From: a virus
IMG/VR virus record: IMGVR_UViG_3300025362_000005
Location: 26,241-90,240 of that record
Strand: one strand, 5' to 3'
DNA length: 64,000 nucleotides
Made by a program: the position numbers and the translations under genes. Every line of letters starts with the position of its first letter. The first letter of the stretch is position 1. The notes beneath the pieces are model-generated. The model was not told the DNA's origin. It ran no database searches and worked only from the letters and a program-made list of their open reading frames with translations. This document shows positions 47,613-57,769 of the stretch, in pieces.

Positions 47613-49049
47613 ATGAGCGATTTTAGTTCAGGGTCACAAAGAGACCTATTTTACACATTAGAAGATAGCTTTGGTTCAGGGCCTAGTGTTCTGAATATGG
47701 CTGAGATAAGGAATACTGAAGACTCCATTAGTTTAGTACGAGACAATTTTGTTTCTGATGAACGGCGTGGTGACAGAGGTATTCATGATATGCGGTTAGG
47801 CAATAAACAGCCTGCCGGTGACATGGGATTTGAATTAAGTTTTGATGAATATGATAGATTGATGCCATTAGCACTTTGTAGCGATTTATCTGCAAATGGT
47901 ATTACTACTACGAATATGACAGCAACGTATATAGATGCACCTACAGGAGTTATGACTTCAACAGGTGAAACATTTGTAACAAAGGGATTTGAAGTAGGGG
48001 ATAAAGTAGTTACAACGGGTTGGAGTGATGGTGGAAACAATGGCACATTTACTATAAATGCAGTTACTGAAGAGACTATGACGCTTTCACCTATTACCGG
48101 TTTAGTAACAGTGGCAGTAGGAGATGCAGAAGCAACAGTAGATTTAGCGGCATGGAGTCCATGGACAGCACCTTATACTGATTTATCGGTATCGGTAGTA
48201 GCTACGATAACAGTAAATACATTTGTAAGAGCAAGTGGTAGTTGGATAACAGACGGCGTAAGAGTTGGGGATGCAATAACAACCACAACTTTTGATGTTG
48301 AAGCAGGAAACAATTTAACTACTTATGTAACTGCTTTATCAGCATTGACTATGACGGTAGCAGGAGCACTTACAACTGCTATTGCAGATGTAGGGGTTTT
48401 CAACACAACTGCAAGAGAAATCAAGAAAGGAACAACGGTAAGAAGTTTAGTTCTTGAAAAGGCCTTTACAGACATAGCGGAATATCAGAAATACACGGGT
48501 GGGATTGTAAACACGTTGTCATTAGACATCAATCCAAACGCAATTGTAACAGGCTCCTTTGGGATGCTTTTCAAAGATGCGGTAAACAGTACATCAGCAT
48601 ACCATAGTGGAACCCCTGTAGCAACAAGCACCAACAGACCTTTTGATGGATTTAGTGGGTATATAAATGAAGCAAATGCCGCAAACGCACTTGCAAGTGG
48701 ATTAAGCATTAGTTTAGACAATGGATTTGAACGAAACTTTGTATTAATGGCAAATACTTGTCCACAAATGACAAGTGGTAAATCAAACGTAACAGGGAGT
48801 ATAACTTATTACTTTCCTGATCAGACGCTTTACAACAAGTTTGTTAATGAAACAGAATCTAGTTTAGAGGTACGACTAGTAGATGATGACTTAGAAGGAT
48901 TTATTGTTACATTACCAAGAATCAAATACACCAGTGCGGATACACCAATCAACAGTGATGGAGCTGTTATAAACACAATGAATTTTCAAGCACTTGATGA
49001 CTCAACAGAAGCATCAAACATAATTATTAGGAGACAACCTACGGCATAG
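47613..49049 (+). CDS. tail tube protein 2 (paralog with inserted beta domains)
   Basis: Long blocks identical to tube 1 plus about 155 extra aa. Confidence 0.85.
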   Translation: MSDFSSGSQRDLFYTLEDSFGSGPSVLNMAEIRNTEDSISLVRDNFVSDERRGDRGIHDMRLGNKQPAGDMGFELSFDEYDRLMPLALCSDLSANGITTTNMTATYIDAPTGVMTSTGETFVTKGFEVGDKVVTTGWSDGGNNGTFTINAVTEETMTLSPITGLVTVAVGDAEATVDLAAWSPWTAPYTDLSVSVVATITVNTFVRASGSWITDGVRVGDAITTTTFDVEAGNNLTTYVTALSALTMTVAGALTTAIADVGVFNTTAREIKKGTTVRSLVLEKAFTDIAEYQKYTGGIVNTLSLDINPNAIVTGSFGMLFKDAVNSTSAYHSGTPVATSTNRPFDGFSGYINEANAANALASGLSISLDNGFERNFVLMANTCPQMTSGKSNVTGSITYYFPDQTLYNKFVNETESSLEVRLVDDDLEGFIVTLPRIKYTSADTPINSDGAVINTMNFQALDDSTEASNIIIRRQPTA

Positions 49050-49085
49050 TTTGTGGGTATAGATATTAAACAATAGGAGAAACAG

Positions 49086-49478
49086 ATGGTAGATTTAAGT
49101 GGATTTTCGGTAAAAGAATTATCGAACGAAGGCGTAGAATTTAAACTTATGGACGACTTTGGCATAATTGTCGAAGCAGGTGAAGAGGTTCCAATTGACT
49201 TCGTTCTATATGGAGCTGATGCAAAGAAAGTTTCAAAAGCACGAGCTGTATACAATGCTGTGTTAGAGATTAAGAATGTCAAACCACACAAGAAAGAAGC
49301 GGCATCGATGGTATTTATCGGCGCATGTGTAAAATCATGGACTGATTTCAAATATGCAGGTGGAGATGTGGTAAATGGTGATGTGAATGCGTTAACAGCA
49401 TTTTTAGAAGATTGCCCGATGTTCAGAGATCAGATTATCGAATTTGTATTTGAGCGTGAACATTTTTTAGCTCGCTGA
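49086..49478 (+). CDS. tail assembly chaperone (G)
   Basis: Between tube and tape measure; ends in slippery T TTT TTA. Confidence 0.8.
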   Translation: MVDLSGFSVKELSNEGVEFKLMDDFGIIVEAGEEVPIDFVLYGADAKKVSKARAVYNAVLEIKNVKPHKKEAASMVFIGACVKSWTDFKYAGGDVVNGDVNALTAFLEDCPMFRDQIIEFVFEREHFLAR

Positions 49479-49810
49479 GACAGCAATTACACGAGGCTGT
49501 CGATGCAAAAATAGAACTAACGTACCCAAGAAAAGACGGTACTATAGCATATGATCATCTTATACAGGTAGAAAAATCAACAGGGAAACGGGATACTTTA
49601 TTAGATAAGGTATCCCCTCCTATATGCTATGCAGATATTTGGGAAATGTATTGGAGAATTAGGAGAGGGGAGGCTTTGCAATGTAGTGAAATACTTGCAT
49701 ATAGAACCTTAACGGATGAAGAAATAGGAAGGTATGAGACAAATTTGTTGTTGATGATAGATGGTTTCGTTGCTTCTAAAATAGAAGAGAAACGAAAATC
49801 CTCTAGTTAA
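49463..49810 (+). CDS. tail assembly chaperone -1 frameshift extension (GT)
   Basis: TTTTTTA at 49463-49469; -1 frame open for 113 codons (SSLRQQLHEAV..DG..HL.QV..EILAY..) to TAA 49810. Confidence 0.85.
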   Translation, partial: FFSSLRQQLHEAVDAKIELTYPRKDGTIAYDHLIQVEKSTGKRDTLLDKVSPPICYADIWEMYWRIRRGEALQCSEILAYRTLTDEEIGRYETNLLLMIDGFVASKIEEKRKSSS

Positions 49811-49824
49811 ATAAAGGGTAGGTT

Positions 49825-52800
49825 ATGGCTGAAGAGAGAAATGTTCTCATATTTGAGATAAAAAAAGTTGGTGTTGACGCCGCCAATAAAGCTTTAAAAG
49901 AATACGTAAAACTCTCTAAAGAAGCAGATGCTGTTAAGAACAAATCTTCTGATGGTGGTAAGACTCCTTTTACTAAAGCCGCTTCAGAAGCAGGACAATA
50001 CGGTTCTGCACTAGAAAAATTAAATTCAATTCAAAAAACCTCTATGAGCATTGAAGAAAAGCTTGCAGGTGTAAAAGCTTCATATATTTCTAAGATACAT
50101 GAATATAATGCGGCAATAAAGAAAGGTGTTGGTGTTGCAGAGAGTCAGCTCATACAATCACAAAAACACAATGAGCATTTAAAAGGGCAAGTTGCGAGAA
50201 TAGATAATGTACGTTCAGCAGAGATACTATTGCAGAATACTTTCAAAGCAGGACTTCAGGTATTCCAAGAACATAGTGATGCTATTACTCTAATGAATCA
50301 GCGTATTGACAGTTTAAATCCCGGTGTAAAACGGCTTACTGAAGTGTGGCATGCAAAAACAGCAAATGAGCTATTAGGGGCTAAAGCTACACGAGAAGCA
50401 GATATGGCAATTGGTATGCTTGAAAAGACACTCAAAGGGACTACCGATGCGTTAAAACGTCAAGAGATTCAAGAAAAGATAGCTATATTAACACAAAAGA
50501 AAGCAACCGCAGGGGTGTTACAGAACGTACAGGCACAAAAACTGTGGAGAGATCAAGAAGCTAGTAAAACTCGTATTATTACACAGGCTAATGATGTATT
50601 GAAGAAATACAACTTAACCCTGAGAACAATGGATAAAGAGTTAAAAGTAGCTAAAGATGGTGTTGCTAAACTCACAGTTATGTTTCGACAAGAGAATAGT
50701 ATTATTGATGGAGCTAGTAGTGTTTTAGCAACATATGATAAGCGCTTGATAAAAGTACGTACTGCTATTAGTAAAAGCACTGATGCACTTAAAACAGAGG
50801 CACTAGCATTAAGAGAAAAGGCACTTGTTGAAGCACGTGGGAACACAGTATTAGCTAAAAGAACAGCACTAATGAAACTCGCAAACACAAAGGAAAAACA
50901 AAGTGAGCTTTTGTTAAAAGATGCTAGTGTAGCTATTGTTACTTATAATGATAAAATAAAGAAACTTGTCAAAAGTATCCAAGACGAGCATAATGTGATA
51001 AAGAAAGTCACAACCGCTAACAAGGCATTAAGACAAGCTCGTATTGAAGGGGCAAATTTAGCTAAATACTATGCTACTGAGCTTGATAAAGTTGAGAAAG
51101 AATTAAAACAGAACATGAGCGCGGAAAAACGTTTGGCAGTGGAAATGAGGCAACGAGCACTTCAGGAAGCTAAACTAAATGCAGGAGTAGCAAGTACTAG
51201 TGGGTTGTTAAAGATAAAACGTATGCGACTTGATGCACTGTCTAAGAGTTTTAATACCGCTAGTCAGGCAATGAGGCGTTTTGGGCGAATTATGATACGA
51301 TATGTGACAACTACTATGGTAGCGGCATTGGCTCAAGGGGTAAGGTTTGCGGCAAACATTGAAGCACAAACAGTACGATTTGGTGTATTGACAGGTAGTT
51401 TGGAAAAAGGTTCTCGATTGTTCCAAGAGATAATAGCATTTAGTGCAAAGACACCATTTTTGTTACCTCAGTTAGATCAAGCCGCACAGGTATTGTTAGC
51501 GTTTGGTTCACCGTTAAAAGATGTAATGAATGAATTGCGGATGTTAGGTGATGTAGCACAGGGTGATGCTCAGAAACTAGAGCGTATCGCCACATCTTTT
51601 GGTAAAGTACGAGCTCGTGGAACCGCACATATGAGAGAGTTAAATCGTTTCATCATGAGTGGTGTACCTATTATTAGTGAGTTGAATAAGCAGTTTGGTT
51701 TAACTGGAAATACATTATTCACTATGATACAAAAGAATCAAATTAGTTTTGATAATATCAATAAAGCTTTTAAGAGTATGACCGCAGAGGGTGGTAAATT
51801 TTATAAGATGACTGAAAATGTGGCTAAAACATTGGAAGGTCGTTTTAGCACCGCCGTGGATAATATGAATTTGAATCTAGCACGACTTGTTGAAGACTTC
51901 ACTCCTAAATTAAAGAGATTACTTGAACAGTTTATCGATTGGTCACAGGCGTTTAGAACGTTGGATAAAGATGCACGTAAAGCACTTGTAACTACTATGG
52001 CAATAACTGCGGCTATAGGGCCTGCGTCAATAGCAATAGCGGGTGCGGTTAAACTAATCGGTAATGCTATGGCGGGAAATTGGGCGGGAGTAGTCATTGC
52101 AGGTATAGCTCTAATCGCCTCTTTTGTTGGTTGGGCGGTACTGAGTAAGAAAATGGGGGATATAAGTGCCAAGGCACTTGCTCTCAAAGAAAGCACAGAA
52201 AAACTAGCAAAGGCACAAGGATTCCAAACGAATATGATTCCCGGATTAACTGAGGAAATGTATGATTTGGCAAAAGCTTATGACGCTTATGGAATGGCGA
52301 TGGCACAAGCGAATGAAAGAGTAGCAATAAAGAAAAAGATAGACTCAGGGGATGTACTTACTACGCAATTGAGGGGTGCCTTTAATTTAATTCGAGACAT
52401 GGAAGATTTTAATATAACTGTTGGTATAAACTATAAGTGGTATGATTTTAATGCAAAAGGGTACTTAGCAGGCTCTCTAAAGAAATATTTAGGGGAACTA
52501 CAAGAAACTATTCCTGAATCAGAAACTATAATTTCACAAGCAATTAGCGAGGTATTGGGAACAAATAGAAGTCTTGAGTCTCTGAGTACATCTGACTTAG
52601 AGATGTTTACTATAGCAGATTGGAAGGCTTTGGGTGCTAAACTCTCTACAATAGTGGGCAAAGACTTAGATGAATTTAAGGGAATTATTGAAAAGAATTT
52701 AAAAGCGAGATTTGATTATATTGGTACAGATGCTTGGATGAGAGAACTACTTGGTATTTCTCCTGAAGACGCACTAAATGATTGGGGATTAGCAGTCTCT

Positions 52801-55800
52801 GAGGGGCTTTCAAAGATAACAGGGGATGTAGATACTGGTCTTATAGATTTAGCCTCAGGGATTAGTAGGACACAACAGTTACTTACTTCCTTACCTGAGA
52901 TGTTAAAAGCAACTATTAAAGGGTTAAGAAGTGGGGAAATAAAAGAGTCTGTTTGGAAAACCGATTTTGTGGGGGCATTAAGTATTGAAGACGCGGTTTA
53001 CCAAGCAAAACAGGCTACAGAAAAAGCAGTAACAGATTACAGTAATTACTTACGTGACATATTTTCTATGCGTTTATTTCAAATACAAGATGAGAGCATG
53101 ATTGACAATTATATATCTTCTATATTAGGGATTACTGATGAGAAAGATATAAAGAAACAGTTACAAACACAGCTAGATGGATATGCAGATGAATTTAAGA
53201 ATATTGGGTTAACCACGCAGGAATTAATGGTTCTTGATACAGGGGGCAAGTTAGAAAATGAGTTAAAGCAAGACCTTGTAGATAAAGTTATGGCTTCTGC
53301 TAAAGTAGCTAACGATGAATTAAAGACGTTGTTAAAAGCAGAAGAAAAGATAGATTTGTTCAAAGCTTTCTTTGATAATGATATAGATTCATTTATTAAC
53401 AATATGCAGATCGATGCTCTTGCAGAGGAGTTATATAAGGAACTTAGCTCTATGGATTTTGTAAATGCTGACCCACTTAGTGAGGGCTTTGCAGAGGCAA
53501 TTACTATGGGATTTGAGAACATGGATTTGACATCAGCACAACAGAAACTTGTGGATAGAATAGATACCTTATACAAAGAGGCTCAGTTTGATACTAATGC
53601 ATTATTTGAAAATATTTTTGGGACATCCAAGGATTGGGACACATATTTAGATGAAATAGCATATGAGGCAACACTACAGGATTTTAAAACACAGTTTATG
53701 AAGGTATCTAGGATGCTTCAAATATCTCCGCTAACACTCATGACGAGTATTAAAACAGAGGGTGGGGTAGATGTAGAATCTTTGTTAAAGAACAATCCCG
53801 TACTTACAGTAGATACAGAGGGGACTGCTGAGATAGGAAATACCCTTGGGGCTTTTGTGCTTGAGGCAGGGGATGTTATTGCTAACGCTAGTATAGAAGC
53901 GGGTAATACGATTGCTACTGCTATCATGACCGCTGTGAATGGAACACAAAAGACGAGTAACTATGCAGTTGACGAATCTAAGATGATACAAGTGGCAGGT
54001 GCAGGGGATATGGCATGGCTACCTGATTACTTTGCAGAAGGTAATAATAGTACTTCTGATATCTCTCTTGATACGCTGTTTCCTACTGATGTTCTTGATG
54101 AAGAAGTAACAACAGCAATCGAAGAAGCAATGGGAGGTACTTCTACGTTTTTGTCAAAGGTTGTAGATAAAGTAGTTTCTTTCTTTTTAGGAATCAAGAA
54201 TAAAGTAGAAGCTTTAGATTTATCAAGTTTTGATATTGATAAACAACTTGCGGAGCAAGGTGATGGCTTATTTAGTGATTGGAGTGCATGGAGTATAGGG
54301 TACAGGGATAATTTCTTTAAAAAGATAAAAGATTTCTTTTTAGGAATCAAGACTAAATTAGAATCTATGAAGATAACAGAAGCAGATATTTCTCTTGATA
54401 CAATGATTCCTACGGATGTTTCTGAGAAAGAGTTAACAACAGCAATTGACGAAGCAATGGGAGGTACTTCTGCGGTTTTGTCAAAGGTTGTAGATAAGGT
54501 AATCACTTTCTTTTCAGGGATCGAGACTGAAGTAGAAGATATAGATTTATCGGGATTTGATATTGACAAGCAACTTGCGGAGCAAGGTGATGGCTTATTT
54601 AGTGATTGGAGTGCATGGAGTATAGGGTACAGAGATGATTTCTTTAAAAAGATAAAAGATTTCTTTTTAGGAGCAAGGACTGTAGTAGAAGATATAGATT
54701 TATCAGGATATGATACGGTTTCTGATGAAGAGTTAACAACAGCAATTGACGAAGCAATGGGAGGTATTTCTGTACCTGACGGAATATTAGCGTTTATCAC
54801 TGCAAGTTACGAGAAGATTAGTGGTATTAATAAGAGACTAGAGAACACCGCAACTGCTGTTGACAGTATTGATACAATTGCTTTAGATAATCAGGTAGAG
54901 ATGCTAGGTGCTACATCGACTAAATTGTATGACGCTATGCAAGTGGCTATGGATAGTGCAGTTATTGCCTCAGACGGAAGTCTTGGTTTTGTTGAGGATG
55001 TCGGGTTATTGTTTGGTACTATGGGTGATGATGTGTTAGAGTTACGTCAGAAGACATTAGATGTACTTACTTCATCTGCACAGTTACTTGCAGACGCTAT
55101 TAAGGCTGTAGAACTTGCCACAGGGATTGATTTAGGAATGACCGCCCTTGATTTTTCGGGAATTAACATAACTGATATTGACTTTGCTGATAAGATTAAT
55201 ACTTTATTGGAAGAGGTTAATACCGGATTTACTACACTTAGTGTTAAAATTAGTGAAATGGATGAGGAAAAGCAACAACTCGCATATACGGCATTAGCTG
55301 GGTTTGTTGACCAATACAATGCAATAATGACACAGATAAGTGAATTGCAAAATGAATTTCCTGATGTGGTAAAGGTTCCTATGGCGGGGGCACTCCCTGC
55401 TACAGAGACTACTGCGTTAGCTGAAATAGCAACTAGCATGGGAGACCTTCTTTCCCCTAGTATAACCCCACTAATTACTGCAATAGAAGAGAATACAGCG
55501 GCTCTATTAGGAAATGGGACAGGTGGGGGTGGAGCAACAGTTACTCCTCTTACTCCTGAGCAAATACTAGAACAATTAGCCATCGCAGAAGATTTACTTC
55601 TACAGTCTCGTGTAGCGACATTAGGGGACTTTGGTAAAGGGGCTTATGAATGGTTAGAAAAGTTAAATGTAAGTGAAAAGGAAGCTCTTGCAGGGGCTGA
55701 ACTACTCCAAGGTGTATATGAAGACATAGGTCAGGTACTTGCACAAAGCCTAACTCCTGCGTTAGAAGAGATGGGGCAAGCGTGGGCAGAGGGAAATGGA

Positions 55801-56319
55801 GGATTGGGTGATAGTTTATCTAGTGTTATGTCGGCAATGACAGACGCCCTCCCCGGATTACTTATCAATGCAGGATTAAGAGGGCTGATAGATAGCGGTT
55901 GGACTAATCCTGTTGCATGGTCGATGTTAGCCGTAGGGGGAATTGGTGCAATTATTTCAGGAGCTGTAAGTGGAGCCGGTGGAGAAACCCCAATAACAGG
56001 CGGCGCATCAACAATAGGGCTGGCAAAAGGTGGAATAGTAAACAGCCCACAACTTGCTATGATAGGCGAAGGCGGAGAACCTGAAGCAGTTGTACCATTA
56101 AGCAGAGCAAATGATTTTGGATTTGGTGGTGGAAATGTAAACATAGTAGTGAATAACAACTCGAATGTTGAAGTAGAAACACAAGAAACAACCGGTGCTG
56201 ATGGGTCTAGACAGATAGAATTTATGATATATGACACAATGAAAAAGGGCATGAATAGTGGAGAACTTGACAGCTCTATGGGTAGTAATTTTGGTATTAG
56301 TAGACAGGGTAGGAGATAA
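49825..56319 (+). CDS. tape measure protein
   Basis: 2164 aa helical; tape-measure domain FSAKTPF..LGDVA..TLEGRFST..DN; C-terminal AKGGIV..GEGGEPEAVVPL. Confidence 0.95.
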   Translation: MAEERNVLIFEIKKVGVDAANKALKEYVKLSKEADAVKNKSSDGGKTPFTKAASEAGQYGSALEKLNSIQKTSMSIEEKLAGVKASYISKIHEYNAAIKKGVGVAESQLIQSQKHNEHLKGQVARIDNVRSAEILLQNTFKAGLQVFQEHSDAITLMNQRIDSLNPGVKRLTEVWHAKTANELLGAKATREADMAIGMLEKTLKGTTDALKRQEIQEKIAILTQKKATAGVLQNVQAQKLWRDQEASKTRIITQANDVLKKYNLTLRTMDKELKVAKDGVAKLTVMFRQENSIIDGASSVLATYDKRLIKVRTAISKSTDALKTEALALREKALVEARGNTVLAKRTALMKLANTKEKQSELLLKDASVAIVTYNDKIKKLVKSIQDEHNVIKKVTTANKALRQARIEGANLAKYYATELDKVEKELKQNMSAEKRLAVEMRQRALQEAKLNAGVASTSGLLKIKRMRLDALSKSFNTASQAMRRFGRIMIRYVTTTMVAALAQGVRFAANIEAQTVRFGVLTGSLEKGSRLFQEIIAFSAKTPFLLPQLDQAAQVLLAFGSPLKDVMNELRMLGDVAQGDAQKLERIATSFGKVRARGTAHMRELNRFIMSGVPIISELNKQFGLTGNTLFTMIQKNQISFDNINKAFKSMTAEGGKFYKMTENVAKTLEGRFSTAVDNMNLNLARLVEDFTPKLKRLLEQFIDWSQAFRTLDKDARKALVTTMAITAAIGPASIAIAGAVKLIGNAMAGNWAGVVIAGIALIASFVGWAVLSKKMGDISAKALALKESTEKLAKAQGFQTNMIPGLTEEMYDLAKAYDAYGMAMAQANERVAIKKKIDSGDVLTTQLRGAFNLIRDMEDFNITVGINYKWYDFNAKGYLAGSLKKYLGELQETIPESETIISQAISEVLGTNRSLESLSTSDLEMFTIADWKALGAKLSTIVGKDLDEFKGIIEKNLKARFDYIGTDAWMRELLGISPEDALNDWGLAVSEGLSKITGDVDTGLIDLASGISRTQQLLTSLPEMLKATIKGLRSGEIKESVWKTDFVGALSIEDAVYQAKQATEKAVTDYSNYLRDIFSMRLFQIQDESMIDNYISSILGITDEKDIKKQLQTQLDGYADEFKNIGLTTQELMVLDTGGKLENELKQDLVDKVMASAKVANDELKTLLKAEEKIDLFKAFFDNDIDSFINNMQIDALAEELYKELSSMDFVNADPLSEGFAEAITMGFENMDLTSAQQKLVDRIDTLYKEAQFDTNALFENIFGTSKDWDTYLDEIAYEATLQDFKTQFMKVSRMLQISPLTLMTSIKTEGGVDVESLLKNNPVLTVDTEGTAEIGNTLGAFVLEAGDVIANASIEAGNTIATAIMTAVNGTQKTSNYAVDESKMIQVAGAGDMAWLPDYFAEGNNSTSDISLDTLFPTDVLDEEVTTAIEEAMGGTSTFLSKVVDKVVSFFLGIKNKVEALDLSSFDIDKQLAEQGDGLFSDWSAWSIGYRDNFFKKIKDFFLGIKTKLESMKITEADISLDTMIPTDVSEKELTTAIDEAMGGTSAVLSKVVDKVITFFSGIETEVEDIDLSGFDIDKQLAEQGDGLFSDWSAWSIGYRDDFFKKIKDFFLGARTVVEDIDLSGYDTVSDEELTTAIDEAMGGISVPDGILAFITASYEKISGINKRLENTATAVDSIDTIALDNQVEMLGATSTKLYDAMQVAMDSAVIASDGSLGFVEDVGLLFGTMGDDVLELRQKTLDVLTSSAQLLADAIKAVELATGIDLGMTALDFSGINITDIDFADKINTLLEEVNTGFTTLSVKISEMDEEKQQLAYTALAGFVDQYNAIMTQISELQNEFPDVVKVPMAGALPATETTALAEIATSMGDLLSPSITPLITAIEENTAALLGNGTGGGGATVTPLTPEQILEQLAIAEDLLLQSRVATLGDFGKGAYEWLEKLNVSEKEALAGAELLQGVYEDIGQVLAQSLTPALEEMGQAWAEGNGGLGDSLSSVMSAMTDALPGLLINAGLRGLIDSGWTNPVAWSMLAVGGIGAIISGAVSGAGGETPITGGASTIGLAKGGIVNSPQLAMIGEGGEPEAVVPLSRANDFGFGGGNVNIVVNNNSNVEVETQETTGADGSRQIEFMIYDTMKKGMNSGELDSSMGSNFGISRQGRR
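54058..54766 (+). repeat. 327-bp tandem duplication within the tape measure gene (2 copies plus a partial third)
   Basis: DISLDT...DKQLAEQGDGLFSDWSAWSIGYRD.FFKKIKDFFLG twice, units at 54058 and 54385. Confidence 0.9.
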
Positions 56320-56321
56320 AT

Positions 56322-56678
56322 ATGAGTGCATGGCCAGCAACATTACCACAGTATGTTAATCAAGGTGGGTACAGTGAGATAAGAGCAAAGGCAAAATTAG
56401 AAACAGAGATGGATAGCGGACCTGTTGTTATGAGGAACTTATTCAATGCAGTACCTACTACATTTAATATAGTGATGACAATGAGTACGGCGCAAGTAGC
56501 AACATTAGAGGATTTCTACGGTGCTACTACATATAATGGTACAGCACAGTTTACTTGGATACACCCTCGTACAGGGGTATACCCAACTACTATGCGATTT
56601 ATAGGCAATCCTCCTAAGATTAGTTATAAATCATATGATTATTATAATGTGAGTTTTACAGTGGAGATAACCGCATGA
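56322..56678 (+). CDS. distal tail protein
   Basis: WPATLP..TEMDSGP..R..F.W.HP. Confidence 0.8.
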   Translation: MSAWPATLPQYVNQGGYSEIRAKAKLETEMDSGPVVMRNLFNAVPTTFNIVMTMSTAQVATLEDFYGATTYNGTAQFTWIHPRTGVYPTTMRFIGNPPKISYKSYDYYNVSFTVEITA

Positions 56679-57373
56679 GAACTTTAAGCACTGATTTTAA
56701 AACAGATGCAAATGGACAACAGATTTCCACAGTATTTTTCACATTACTTACTATAGGATATGTAACAGGTACAGGCAGTGCTAGTTGCTCAGTAGATGAT
56801 AGTACAAAGGTTGTTACCACAACTACAGCCAATTGGGTTACACTAGGAATAGTAGCGGGAGACACTATTACTTTTACGGGGTTTAGCAACGCGGCAAACA
56901 ACGATACATTTGTAGTAACGCTTGTTACAGCAACAGAGCTTACATTAGGGAATTCTACTACGCTTGTTACCGAGGGGTCAGCCACGATTGGGTATTCCTT
57001 TAAAACAATATTAAGGATAGTGAATAACCACGCATCAGTAACTTCAAACAGCAATGTATTTAGTGCTTTTGCATTTCAGTTTACTATGCCACAGGAAGGC
57101 GAAGGACGGCGTTCAGCTAAACTAGTAATAGACAATGTAGATCGTAGTCTATCTGCTTTTGTGTTAGATGCAGGACTTGTTGACATGACGGTAACAGAAC
57201 AACTTATACGTTCAAGCGCGTTAGACACCATAGAGATTGAACGTTCATACATATTACGTGATGTAACAATTACTCGTAAGGTTATCAGTGGTGAACTTAT
57301 TTACCAACAGTATTTACATGATGCATTTCCTAAATTAGTGAAAACACCTGCATTATTTCCCGGTGTATTCTAG
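56675..57373 (+). CDS. tail tip protein (DUF1833-like) with inserted beta domain
   Basis: LRIVNN..F.F..P..L.IDNV..TP..FPG.F. Confidence 0.75.
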   Translation: MRTLSTDFKTDANGQQISTVFFTLLTIGYVTGTGSASCSVDDSTKVVTTTTANWVTLGIVAGDTITFTGFSNAANNDTFVVTLVTATELTLGNSTTLVTEGSATIGYSFKTILRIVNNHASVTSNSNVFSAFAFQFTMPQEGEGRRSAKLVIDNVDRSLSAFVLDAGLVDMTVTEQLIRSSALDTIEIERSYILRDVTITRKVISGELIYQQYLHDAFPKLVKTPALFPGVF

Positions 57374-57768
57374 TGGATTTCATAAAATATATAGGTATCC
57401 CATATAAACTAGGTGGGCGTAGTTTTGAAGCATGTGATTGCTATGGACTCGTATACTTGTTTTTATTGTCTCAGGGGTATACATTGCCTTTATATGACAT
57501 AAGCTATACAATGGATGATAGAGAACATTTAATAGATGTGAACCAACCATTATTATGTGGCAAACAAGTGGACATACCTACTAGTAATGCCGTGTGTTTA
57601 TTTTATAGAGGGCTACATCCTGTACATATGGGTGTTTGTACCAATAACGGAATATTACATACTACAGAAAGTTACAATAGTGTGTTTGAGCCATTAACAT
57701 CTATGTATTTATCAAGATATAGGAAGAAAGAATTTTACTTGATAGATGACGTGTACAGAGGAGCATAG
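57373..57768 (+). CDS. NlpC/P60 tail-tip protein
   Basis: YIGIPY..GR..DCYGLV..HMGV..ILH. Confidence 0.85.
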   Translation: MDFIKYIGIPYKLGGRSFEACDCYGLVYLFLLSQGYTLPLYDISYTMDDREHLIDVNQPLLCGKQVDIPTSNAVCLFYRGLHPVHMGVCTNNGILHTTESYNSVFEPLTSMYLSRYRKKEFYLIDDVYRGA

Positions 57769-57769
57769 C

